Below are positions 26,094-34,353 of a DNA stretch of 44,351 nucleotides, piece after piece. The notes under the pieces were generated by a model. That model searched no databases and had not been told where the DNA came from. It saw only the letters and a list, made by a program, of their open reading frames with translations. Position 1 is the first letter of the stretch, and each line of letters opens with the position of its first letter. A program made the translations under genes and the position numbers. The stretch spans positions 1 through 44,351 of the forward strand of contig JAJDES010000191.1 of the NCBI GenBank assembly GCA_029259675.1, given 5' to 3'. Source of the stretch: Planctomycetota bacterium (GTDB lineage: Bacteria > Planctomycetota > UBA1135 > GCA-002686595).

Positions 26094-27410
26094 CTAGTAG
26101 GCGCCGGCCAACTCAAAAAAACTGTGGTGCAACGCCCCGAGTGCTCGTTCCAAATCCTTGGCGGACAGCAAGAAAGCCTGACTCGAGGGCAACGCCCCAA
26201 AAGACGCTTGATGCACTTCGACCCCCAAGCTGTCCAGTTCGCGCAGGACGCGCGCCAGGATCGAAGCATCGGATCCCAATTCGCGCCCGATGAGCGCCAA
26301 TGCGCCCAGCCCGCGCTCGATGCTGTCGGCGCCAAGCTCGTCCAAAGCTGCGAGTTGAGCTTCGCCGTCCGGTACGACAACTCGCACGCGAGCCGCGCGC
26401 CATTCAAGCCACGGCCAGCGGGCGCCGCTTTGGGTCAGGCGACTGGCAATCCGTGCCAGCTCTTCCGAACCCGCCACAGGCAGAGTCGCGCGCAAAAGTC
26501 CACTTCGGTGCACGATTCCAAGCGGTCCGGCCTGGGGTGTTGATTCCGCCAAATCGGTATGCGGGCCCAACGGATCCAACGCATTGCAAATGCGTACGGG
26601 CACGCCGATTCGGCCCGCGCGCAAAGCTGCTTCGGGATGCAGCACTTCCGCGCCATGCAAAGCCAGCTCCAGCGCTTCGTTGTAGCCGACAACGGGAACC
26701 GTCGTCGCCTGGGGCACCTTGACCGGGTCCGCAGTCAGCACTCCCGGCACGGTTTTCCAAAGTTGGACCTCCTCCGCTTGCACCGCCTCGGCCAGCAGCA
26801 AGGCGGTCAGGTCCGAACCGTTGCTCCCCAAAGTCGTCAACCGCCCCTGCGGATCCAGAGCAAGAAATCCCGTGACCACGGGGATTCCGGGCACTTCGGC
26901 CACGGCCTGGCGCACCGCGGCCAGAGCGCCCAAGCCGAAGGCTTCCGGTGCCGCGCCGGGCCGGGTTGTTGAGATGCCCAGATCGAAAGCATCGACGGGG
27001 GTGGCAAGCGAGCCACAGGAGCGCAGGGCCCCGGCGACGATGCGCGCGCTGACGCGCTCGCCGAATGAAAGCACGCTGTCGATTAGGGTTTGTTCGGGGC
27101 GCCCCAAGCGGCGCAGCTCCTCCAGAACGCTGATCAGCTCAACCATGTAGCGATCGAGGCTTTCGCTCGACAGCCCCAGGCCCGAAAGCAGGCTGCGGTG
27201 GCGCAGCCGCAACGCTGACGTATCCGGCTGTGCGCCGGCAATGGCGCACCCGGCCAGTTGGCTCAAAAGCGAGGTAACTCCAAAATGAGCACTAACGACG
27301 ACCACCGGGCGCGACCCGCCATGGGATCGAATCAGCTCACAGGCTCTCCCAACAGCCTCTGCGTCGCGCAAAGCGCTGCCGCCGAATTTGAGCACATATT
27401 CTCCGGTCAT
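26094..27410 (-). CDS. ask: Aspartate kinase
   Basis: Track ORF 26094..27455, trimmed to the ATG at 27410 (MTGEYVLKFGGSALRDAE, the KFGGS nucleotide loop). The VVVVSA, GSNGSDLTA and TVPGVLTADP blocks are present, and the C-terminus has an ACT-like region. Confidence 0.85.
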   Translation of the reverse strand: MTGEYVLKFGGSALRDAEAVGRACELIRSHGGSRPVVVVSAHFGVTSLLSQLAGCAIAGAQPDTSALRLRHRSLLSGLGLSSESLDRYMVELISVLEELRRLGRPEQTLIDSVLSFGERVSARIVAGALRSCGSLATPVDAFDLGISTTRPGAAPEAFGLGALAAVRQAVAEVPGIPVVTGFLALDPQGRLTTLGSNGSDLTALLLAEAVQAEEVQLWKTVPGVLTADPVKVPQATTVPVVGYNEALELALHGAEVLHPEAALRAGRIGVPVRICNALDPLGPHTDLAESTPQAGPLGIVHRSGLLRATLPVAGSEELARIASRLTQSGARWPWLEWRAARVRVVVPDGEAQLAALDELGADSIERGLGALALIGRELGSDASILARVLRELDSLGVEVHQASFGALPSSQAFLLSAKDLERALGALHHSFFELAGAY

Positions 27411-27504
27411 GGACTCAGGATAGCCGCACGGCCTGGCCCCCGTCGCCGGATACAATTGCCAGCCCTAAGGTCGATGCCAAAAGTTCGACCAAACCGGTGC
27501 ATTC

Positions 27505-28725
27505 ATGAGCAATCACGATCGAGAAGAGCTGATTTTTGATTGGAACGACACGGATTTCAGGCCCACGGCGGAAATCCAGTTCGACGACGAAACCCTGCGA
27601 GACGGCCTGCAGTGCCCCTCTGTCAAGGATCCGGATCTGGATCAGAAGATCCGACTGATCCACCTGATGGACGAGCTCGGCATTCATACTGCCGACATCG
27701 GCCTGCCGGGCGCCGGAGACCGAGCTCGAGATCACATCTCGACTCTCGTGCGCGAGATGGCGCAGCTCAAAATCACTCCCAACGTCGCCTGCAGGACCGT
27801 CATCAGCGACATCGAACCTGTCGTCGACTTAGTTCAGAAAACGGGTCAATCCGTAGAGGTCTGTGCCTTCATCGGATCCTCTCCCATTCGGCAATTCGCC
27901 GAAGGCTGGGAATTCGATCGTATGGTTCAACTTTCGCGCGATGCCGTGGAATTCTGCGTGAACAACGACTTGCCGTGCATGTTCGTGACCGAAGACACAT
28001 CGCGCGCCAGTCCGGAAAATGTGCGCGCGCTTTATACCGCCGCAATCGAAGCCGGCGCCAAGCGCATTTGCGTTTGCGACACCTGCGGTCATGCGACCCC
28101 CAGCGGCGTGCGCAGTTTGATCCGTTTCGTCGCCGAGCTCGTTAAGGAGCTTGGTGCCGACGTCGGCATTGATTGGCACGGACATCGCGATCGGGGCTTG
28201 GGCTTGATCAACGCCATCGCCGCAATCGAAGCGGGAGCCACTCGAATCCACGGAACTGCGCTCGGAATCGGCGAGCGCGCCGGCAACACGGAGATGGATC
28301 TGCTGCTCGTCAACCTGCGCCTGAGTGGTTGGATAGACAACGACTTGTCCAAGCTCTCCGAATACTGCCATGCGGCCGCGGAAGCCACCGGTGTGATTGT
28401 TCCGCACAGCTATCCCGTCTTCGGAAGCGACGCCTTTGAAACCGGCACTGGAGTCCATGCTGCAGCCGTAATCAAGGCCTTCCGCAAGCAGGACACCTGG
28501 CTCGCCAATCGTGTTTACTCCGGCGTTCCGGCGGACCTTTTCGGCCTGGAGCAATCGATCAAGGTCGGCCCCATGAGCGGACGCTCAAACGTCACTTGGG
28601 TACTGGAAAGACACGGGGTCACAGAACCCTCTGACGATCAGGTGCAAAAAGTGCTCGACATGGCCAAGCAAACTCCCCGCTTGCTCACCGACGAAGAGGT
28701 GTTGCACGCGGCGGGTATCCGCTAG
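27505..28725 (+). CDS. HMGL-like (pyruvate carboxyltransferase) domain protein of the 2-isopropylmalate/homocitrate/citramalate synthase family, short form
   Basis: 406 aa. Motifs FDDETLRDGLQ, CDTCGHATP and WHGHRDRGLGLINAIAAIEAGATRIHGTALGIGERAGNTEMDLLLVNL. There is no LeuA-type C-terminal regulatory domain. The substrate cannot be determined. Confidence 0.7.
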   Translation: MSNHDREELIFDWNDTDFRPTAEIQFDDETLRDGLQCPSVKDPDLDQKIRLIHLMDELGIHTADIGLPGAGDRARDHISTLVREMAQLKITPNVACRTVISDIEPVVDLVQKTGQSVEVCAFIGSSPIRQFAEGWEFDRMVQLSRDAVEFCVNNDLPCMFVTEDTSRASPENVRALYTAAIEAGAKRICVCDTCGHATPSGVRSLIRFVAELVKELGADVGIDWHGHRDRGLGLINAIAAIEAGATRIHGTALGIGERAGNTEMDLLLVNLRLSGWIDNDLSKLSEYCHAAAEATGVIVPHSYPVFGSDAFETGTGVHAAAVIKAFRKQDTWLANRVYSGVPADLFGLEQSIKVGPMSGRSNVTWVLERHGVTEPSDDQVQKVLDMAKQTPRLLTDEEVLHAAGIR

Positions 28726-28995
28726 CGACCGGACAGCTAACCGGACAAGCGCAGGCAAAAAACGCGGGCAAACGACTGTGAGACCCGCTCCAAGGGTGAG
28801 CGCGAATGCCTTGCCTGCACACGGTTGTCCAATCGAATTGGTTGCCCGGACGATATATGCAACGTTGACGAATCAAATCTTCGTCGCGACGCTCAAAGCA
28901 TTGCACCAGTATCAGCAGCCCGCTGCTGACTCAAACGCCTAGTAGCGCTTTGCCGACAAATCGCCGGGCACATGGACTGAGCTGGACGTTGCCCA

Positions 28996-29054
28996 GGTAA
29001 CCGGAAAGCAGTTACCCCGGAAGCAGCAACCCGGGAAGCAGTTACTCAGACTGC
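28996..29054. repeat. Three tandem 15-nt units forming three consecutive stem-loops, abutting the stop codon of the small Cys/His ORF
   Basis: The units are CCGGAAAGCAGTTAC (29001-15), CCCGGAAGCAGCAAC (29016-30) and CCGGGAAGCAGTTAC (29031-45). The stems are GGTAAC/GTTACC (28996-29001/29011-16), CCCGG/CCGGG (29016-20/29031-35) and GCAGT/ACTGC (29038-42/29050-54). Confidence 0.8.
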
Positions 29055-29360
29055 AGCGGAGCGAACGGCGGCGGAAGCCTGCGCTTGGGAAGCTTGCCTT
29101 CTTGCCGCCTCAAGCGACGGCAAAGGCGACACAGCCGGGTGGGGTTTGCTCTCGCTATCGTTGTAGTGCACGCACGTGTAGCACTTGTGGTAGTGGCTTC
29201 GCTGCCGCCCCTGACAGATTGAGGTCGTGACCTTTTGCGAAATCAAAAGCTCAATTCCGTCGCCTCGGGTCGGACATTCTTTCACCGCGTGCGTGCTCCC
29301 AATCATGTCGTAGTGGCTTTCTTTGGGTTTGAGCGGGCAGAGCCATGGACTTACGCCCAT
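29046..29360 (-). CDS. Small Cys/His-rich protein (putative zinc-binding), function unknown
   Basis: 104-aa ORF, or 86 aa from the alternative ATG at 29306 (MIGSTHAVKE...). The core is ECPTRGDGIELLISQKVTTSICQGRQRSHYHKCYTCVHYND, i.e. C-x19-C-x10-C-x2-C with flanking His, followed by an Ala/Ser/Gln-rich tail. G/C-rich third positions are consistent with coding. Confidence 0.4.
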   Translation of the reverse strand: MGVSPWLCPLKPKESHYDMIGSTHAVKECPTRGDGIELLISQKVTTSICQGRQRSHYHKCYTCVHYNDSESKPHPAVSPLPSLEAARRQASQAQASAAVRSAAV

Positions 29361-29434
29361 GTCGTTCGCGAAAGCAAGGCTGCATTCTGAACCTGAATCC
29401 CTATGGGATTCAAGGGAAGTAATTGGTGAGTTTT

Positions 29435-30337
29435 TTAGATCTTACCTTCGGCTCTGCCCAAGGAGCGCAAAGCGGCCTGGAGATGCCCAAGGGCCAATGC
29501 AGCCGCTTCCGGACCCCTGTGACTATCCCGCGACAATTCCACCGCTGTCATCCCGTCGTAACCAACTTCGAACAAAGCATTGAAGGTCGCTTTTAAATCT
29601 AAATCACCCTCACCGAACATTCGGTGCTCGTGACGGCCGTTTTTTATGTCGTCCAAGTGCACCTGGAGCAATCTATTGCCGAACTGCCGAATGACGTCTT
29701 CAGGGGGCAGATCTCCCGTGCAATAAAGATGCCCAACATCTAAACAAAGTCCGAGATATTGCCCTTCATCGCCCATGCGATCGACGAGCTCTCCATAGCC
29801 GGCCGGCCGCTCCAGGAACATCCCAGGCTCGGGTTCAAAGGCAATCGAAACGCCCGCGTCTCTTCCGTGCGCCACAACTTCTTTCAATCCGCTCACTAGG
29901 CAATCCCAATGCCGCTCGATGTTGTCTCGATTCTTGGGGTCGAGGTCATGCCCATCGGCAACAGCGCCGTCGGGTGCGCGCCCCGCCCAAAGCGAAAGCA
30001 CCGATGCCCCGAGATTTTCCGCTAAGTCGATGCAGCGCTGCAAAAAGTCAACCCGCCGAGCTCGATCGGACGCATCGGTCTCTAGCAATGTTGGGAAGTG
30101 CTTGTGACGTGCGTCCAATAAGTATCGCGCACCGGTTTCGATGCTGAGCTCCATGCCCAACTCCTGCGCCCAGTGCCGCACATCATCCACGACCTCGGTG
30201 CGCAAATCATAGGGATCCAACCCACCGACATCCGGAGTGATCGAAACACCTTCGTATCCCAGTTCGGACAGGAGTCGGATGGCATCCGCGGGTCGATGAT
30301 GGGCCAAACCGTTTGTGTTGTAAGCCAATCGAAACAT
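29435..30337 (-). CDS. Sugar phosphate isomerase/epimerase (xylose-isomerase-like TIM barrel, AP_endonuc_2 family)
   Basis: 300 aa. MFRLAYNTNGLAHHRPADAIRLLSELGYEGVSI, the IAFEPEPG and LCLDVGHLYC metal-ligand blocks, and HLDDIKNGRHEH. Confidence 0.7.
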   Translation of the reverse strand: MFRLAYNTNGLAHHRPADAIRLLSELGYEGVSITPDVGGLDPYDLRTEVVDDVRHWAQELGMELSIETGARYLLDARHKHFPTLLETDASDRARRVDFLQRCIDLAENLGASVLSLWAGRAPDGAVADGHDLDPKNRDNIERHWDCLVSGLKEVVAHGRDAGVSIAFEPEPGMFLERPAGYGELVDRMGDEGQYLGLCLDVGHLYCTGDLPPEDVIRQFGNRLLQVHLDDIKNGRHEHRMFGEGDLDLKATFNALFEVGYDGMTAVELSRDSHRGPEAAALALGHLQAALRSLGRAEGKI

Positions 30338-30493
30338 GCTATTCGTTATTTCCTCGCTACGGATGCTCGCATGAAGCTTGTTACTCGGATCGAATCAAAA
30401 AAACGTCTCCGTACATCCATTGGCGCAACAGGGCGCTTCTTAGTGATCCGGTTGTTCTTGCGCTTCCCCAGGAGACTCTTCACTGCGTTTCGC

Positions 30494-31153
30494 TTAAGAG
30501 TCCTTCGAAGCCGGGCTTTCGGACAGCAACCCCTCGATGAACTGCACTTGTCGCTCCCAAGTGCGCCGCTTCGCTTTGAGTGCGAGCACAAGCTTGGATT
30601 TGGATCCGTGCTTGCGAGCGAGAAAGCGAAAAGCGTCCGACGTGTGAGCAAGCGAGGTCCTATACAAATGCATAGCGCGCATGCGAGTGGAACGCGCGGC
30701 TTCGGCATCACCTTGTTCAGCGGATTCGCTGGCAAGCACCATCAGAGAGCCTGCCAACTGCCCGTCTTGCTCGGCCTTTAACCAAGGTGGCTGGGTCTCA
30801 ACCAATGCGAGTTCCGGCGCAGCCTCCGCTCCCTCTGGAATTGGAAAGAATTCCTCAGCCGGTTGCTTGGGGGCGGCTTCCTTTTCGGGCGACTCCCTAT
30901 CGGGAGCATCACCAAGCACAATCGCGAAGGGATCCACAGCAACACTCTTGTCCGGAGCCTGCTCCACTTTTGGTGATTTGGATTCCGTCTGGGCCAGGCG
31001 CGCATCGCGAGCGCGGCTTTCAGCCAAGACGGTGAGCACGGAAATCCCCACGATCCCAATCGCGATGAGAGGAAATACGAACGCCGGGCGCCGTTGTCTG
31101 TGTGTGCTTGCCGTCATTGCGAACCAGGTTGAAGATCGCGTCAACGCAGCCAA
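30494..31153 (-). CDS. Hypothetical single-pass membrane protein
   Basis: 219 aa. TM helix FVFPLIAIGIVGISVLTVLA, then a Pro/Glu/Ala-rich linker and a basic helical C-terminus. I recognise no family. Confidence 0.4.
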   Translation of the reverse strand: MAALTRSSTWFAMTASTHRQRRPAFVFPLIAIGIVGISVLTVLAESRARDARLAQTESKSPKVEQAPDKSVAVDPFAIVLGDAPDRESPEKEAAPKQPAEEFFPIPEGAEAAPELALVETQPPWLKAEQDGQLAGSLMVLASESAEQGDAEAARSTRMRAMHLYRTSLAHTSDAFRFLARKHGSKSKLVLALKAKRRTWERQVQFIEGLLSESPASKDS

Positions 31154-31248
31154 TGCGCAAGGCCAACGAGCCTAGCCTTCCAATTTTCGGTGCCTCGTGC
31201 GCCCAAAGCCCGAATGGAGGCCGGGATTTGTGCCGCTTGCCGCGGCGA

Positions 31249-32565
31249 TCACGCCTTTCGACGCAACCGAATAGCCCAGGCGCCATCTATCGGGCCTTCG
31301 CTGCCGGGGATCGATTTTATTTCCTCTTCAAGCTCCCAATTCGGGTGATCATTCAAGAAGTTGCGCACGCGAATCGAATTCTCTTCGGGCTCCAAACTGC
31401 ACGTCGACCACACCAAGCGCCCGCCCGGACGCACGCAACGCGAGCCGTCGAGCAAGAGCTGAGCTTGCAACTTTCCGAGCTCCGCCATGCTTGCGGGACC
31501 GATGCGCCAACGCGCTGAGGGCCGCGCACCCAGCACGCCGCTGTTGCTGCAAGGTGCGTCGATGAAAACACCGTCAAAGGCATCCGCCACAAAGGCGTTG
31601 GCCGCATTTGTACGCACGCAAGTCACATTCTCGGTGATTCCAAGACGCTGACAGTTGGTGCGCAGCTTGCGCAACTTTGAAGCACCAATGTCGCTGGCCA
31701 CGATTTTTGCGCCCGATTCCGCCAAGACGGCGGTTTTGCCGCCGGGAGCAGCACACAGGTCGAGCAATCGCTCGCCCTCTTGGGCCTGCATCAACTCCGC
31801 CGAGCGCAATGCGGATTCACCCTGAATCGTCCAGCGACCCTGGGCAAAGGCCTCCGTTCCAGCTGCCGCGCCAACCGCCGACGAAGGGCACAACAAAATG
31901 GAATCGTGTTCGCCCGCGCGGGTTTCAACCTCCAACGCCGCAAGCTCTGCGGCCGCGGCATCGCGGTTGCGGTCGCGAACGCGCAGGGACAGGTCCGGCT
32001 CTTCCAGGAAATAAGTCGCCAATTCCACGGCGCGCTCTTCACCAAAGCGCTTGGTCCATTTCTTGAAAAGATTGGCCGGTATCGAAAGCGCGTCCTCAGC
32101 CCACAGGAAGGGGTGTGTCGTACGGTCGCGAAAAACTGGCTCGGCCAAATGCACTTCGCGGCCGGGAATGTCGCACATGGGGTCGCCGCTCAAGCCGAAA
32201 CGCCGCAGGCGAATGGCGTTGCGCAGGATGCCGTTGACCACTTTGACTTTCGAGCTGCCAATCGAGCGCGCTGTCGCCTCAACCGTTTCGGAAACTGCGG
32301 CGTGATCGGGTATGCGGTCCAGAAAGAAAAGCTGCGCCAGACCGAGATGAACGTGGGTAACGATCTCGGGTTTGAGTTTGCGACGGGCCAAGTGCCGCAC
32401 CAGTGCCCGCAGTGTTCCCTGCCGGCGCAATTCGATCCCCACCAAGCGTCGCAAAAGGGCTCGATCCCGATCGTCAAGGCGCGCCGCCTCTGCCGCGCGA
32501 TCGACATCGCGCAGGGGCGTCGGGCTGCCCGACCTCAATATCTGCCAAGCTGCAATGCGGGGCAT
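31249..32565 (-). CDS. rsmB: 16S rRNA (cytosine-C5)-methyltransferase RsmB/Sun
   Basis: 438 aa. N-terminal NusB-like region. SAM-MTase motifs LLDLCAAPGGKT, FIDAPCSNSGVLGARP (motif IV Cys) and LVWSTCSLEPEEN (motif VI Cys). It lies 3 nt downstream of fmt, as in the classical fmt-rsmB operon. Confidence 0.8.
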   Translation of the reverse strand: MPRIAAWQILRSGSPTPLRDVDRAAEAARLDDRDRALLRRLVGIELRRQGTLRALVRHLARRKLKPEIVTHVHLGLAQLFFLDRIPDHAAVSETVEATARSIGSSKVKVVNGILRNAIRLRRFGLSGDPMCDIPGREVHLAEPVFRDRTTHPFLWAEDALSIPANLFKKWTKRFGEERAVELATYFLEEPDLSLRVRDRNRDAAAAELAALEVETRAGEHDSILLCPSSAVGAAAGTEAFAQGRWTIQGESALRSAELMQAQEGERLLDLCAAPGGKTAVLAESGAKIVASDIGASKLRKLRTNCQRLGITENVTCVRTNAANAFVADAFDGVFIDAPCSNSGVLGARPSARWRIGPASMAELGKLQAQLLLDGSRCVRPGGRLVWSTCSLEPEENSIRVRNFLNDHPNWELEEEIKSIPGSEGPIDGAWAIRLRRKA

Positions 32566-32568
32566 CGG

Positions 32569-33552
32569 TTAAGCCCCTTCCCTTTGATTCGAATCGTCGT
32601 TCAAAGCACCGAAGCAGTCGCCCTCGTTCAAACGAGATCCGCGCAAGTAACTGATCGCATCCATAGCGCGCTTTCCCGCCGGTTTGAGTTCGAGAATTTC
32701 ATACACACCTTTGCCCGTGGCGACACAGAGGCGTTTCGAAGCCTCCAGTATTTGACCGGGATTGACCTCTGTCGCGCCCGAATCGGGGTGGACAGCGCCG
32801 CGCTGAATGAGGAGCTCGCCGCGATTGCCCGGCAACTGTGTGCGCGCCATCGGCCAGGGATTCATTGCGCGCACGATGCGGTCGATTTGAATCGCAGACT
32901 CGGACCAATCGAGCATGCCGTCGACCTTCTGCAGTTTCTTGCACAGGGTCACCCGGCTCGGATCCTGAGGCTCGAAGACGGCTTTTCCCGTCGCCAGCAG
33001 CTCAAGCGCATCCAGCGCCAACTCAGCACCTATTTCGGCCATGCGAGGCAAAAGCTCAGCACTCGTTTCGTCCCCGCGCAGCGCCGTTTCGCGCGACAGC
33101 AGGACATCACCCGCGTCCATCTCTTTGACGACCCGCTGAATGCTCACGCCGCTGACCTCATCGCCACAGCGAATCGCCGCCTGAATCGGCGATGCCCCCC
33201 GATGCCGGGGAAGAAGCGATGGGTGCACGTTCAGGCACTCCATGCGCGGCAGTGCCAAGAACTCGGCGCTCAGGTATTCCCCAAAGGCCGCGACGAGAAT
33301 CACGTCGGGAGCCAGCTCCCGCAGCTCGCTCAAGAATTCCGCGCTGCAGACGCGCCCCGGCTGGGCCACGTTCAAGCCTTCGCTTCGGGCGAGCAACACG
33401 AGTTCCGAAGGAGCCGGAGTCTTGCTGCGGCCCTTGGCGCGATCCGGCGGCGTAACCACCAACTGCGGCCGATAGGAACTCGCAGCGAGCTTGTCCAGGA
33501 TCGGCGTAGCGAGCGGAGGGGAGCCGACAAATACCAGGCGCAAGTCGGTCAT
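32569..33552 (-). CDS. fmt: Methionyl-tRNA formyltransferase
   Basis: 327 aa. LRLVFVGSPPLATPILDKL, NVHPSLLPRHRGASPIQAAI (SLLP motif), and a C-terminal tRNA-binding domain. Confidence 0.9.
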   Translation of the reverse strand: MTDLRLVFVGSPPLATPILDKLAASSYRPQLVVTPPDRAKGRSKTPAPSELVLLARSEGLNVAQPGRVCSAEFLSELRELAPDVILVAAFGEYLSAEFLALPRMECLNVHPSLLPRHRGASPIQAAIRCGDEVSGVSIQRVVKEMDAGDVLLSRETALRGDETSAELLPRMAEIGAELALDALELLATGKAVFEPQDPSRVTLCKKLQKVDGMLDWSESAIQIDRIVRAMNPWPMARTQLPGNRGELLIQRGAVHPDSGATEVNPGQILEASKRLCVATGKGVYEILELKPAGKRAMDAISYLRGSRLNEGDCFGALNDDSNQREGA

Positions 33553-33597
33553 CCCCCGTATCCAATTAGTTCGCCCGGCAAATCACGCGTTCGCGAC

Positions 33598-33921
33598 TTA
33601 CAGGAAGGGCTCGACGCTGGACTTGAGCTCGTCGTAGGGCTGACTGCCCACGATTTGCTTGGCAACTTCGCCGTCTTTGATGACCAAGAAGGTGGGAATC
33701 GCGGTGATGCCGTAGCGCGCCGGAACCTCAGGATTCTCCTGGGTGTTGATCTTGACCACTTTCAGGCGGCCGTTGAATTCTTCGGCAAGCTTGTCGACGT
33801 AGGGCGACATGTTGCGGCAGGGCGCACACCACTCGGCCCAGAAATCCACCAGCACGGGGACTTCCGACTTGATCACGACGTCTTCCCAGAGGGTGTCCGT
33901 TACTTCTGCTGCTTGGCTCAT
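33598..33921 (-). CDS. trxA: Thioredoxin
   Basis: 107 aa. VLVDFWAEWCAPCR has an active site of CAPC rather than the canonical CGPC. GITAIPTFLVIKDG contains the cis-Pro loop. Confidence 0.9.
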   Translation of the reverse strand: MSQAAEVTDTLWEDVVIKSEVPVLVDFWAEWCAPCRNMSPYVDKLAEEFNGRLKVVKINTQENPEVPARYGITAIPTFLVIKDGEVAKQIVGSQPYDELKSSVEPFL

Positions 33922-34353
33922 GACTCAGTTCGAATCTTGGTTCGCGGTTCGCCCTCAAGCTGAGGAATCCGGGGAAACGCCCCCTTGGGCTGGCCTCTCT
34001 CCGCCGGTAACGGCAAAAAGTGGCCGAGCAATATGGAATGAGCCTGGCTCCGCGTCCAGGCCGCGCAAAGGAGAATCCTCCGCGATTCTGTCTGGAGGTT
34101 CAGGAACAGGGTTTATCTCGCCTCGTTCCCGCAGGCGAACTCCAATTTGAGCGACGGGCCCGAGCCCAAGGCGCTCCGCTTGGAAGCTCCGCCACTGCGG
34201 ATCCAGGTCGAATTTGTGACCTGAGCGGCATTCGGTGAGAGCCGATCCCTCGGGATGGACCCGCCGCCGGCTTCGAAGGACTCAGGCTGCGCTCCAATGC
34301 CTACCTGCCGGCTTGCTCCGTCTTGCCCCGGCCGGGCCCGGTAATCGCACGAA

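Noticed and set aside
29001-29048. Selenocysteine recoding of the UGA that ends the small Cys/His ORF (hairpins directly downstream, and selU in the window)
   Set aside because: Read-through would add only about 49 low-complexity residues (VTASRVAASGVTAFRLPGQ...), with no redox motif around the UGA. The UGA itself lies in a hairpin loop rather than about 11 nt upstream of a SECIS-like stem. SelU concerns tRNA modification, not Sec insertion.
28996-29054. SRP (4.5S) RNA, suggested by CCGGAAGCAGC resembling the domain IV CCGGAAGGAAGCAGCC motif
   Set aside because: The motif is simply the unit of a 3x tandem 15-nt repeat. There is no complementary 3' strand with the conserved GGCA/AGG internal loops and no long closing helix.
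31780-33963. 727-aa plus-strand ORF, the third-longest in the window
   Set aside because: It runs exactly antisense to rsmB, fmt and trxA, all of which carry unmistakable family motifs. Its translation is Arg/Ala/Gly/Pro-rich with no recognisable domain. This is a typical long shadow ORF of high-GC DNA.
33922-34353. Possible tmRNA, RNase P RNA or 6S/SRP RNA in the trxA-scpA gap
   Set aside because: Fragments look superficially similar: GAGGAATCCGGGG versus the RNase P GAGGAAAGUCCGGGC, GGUAACGG, GGAGCAAGCC, and a UUCGAAU-like loop at 33927. However, the P4 partner ACAGAACCCGGCUUA, the GGUAAGAGCGCACC module, a tRNA-like acceptor/T-arm with a pairing stem, and a tag-peptide reading frame are all absent or in the wrong order. 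It is kept only as an unassigned structured region.
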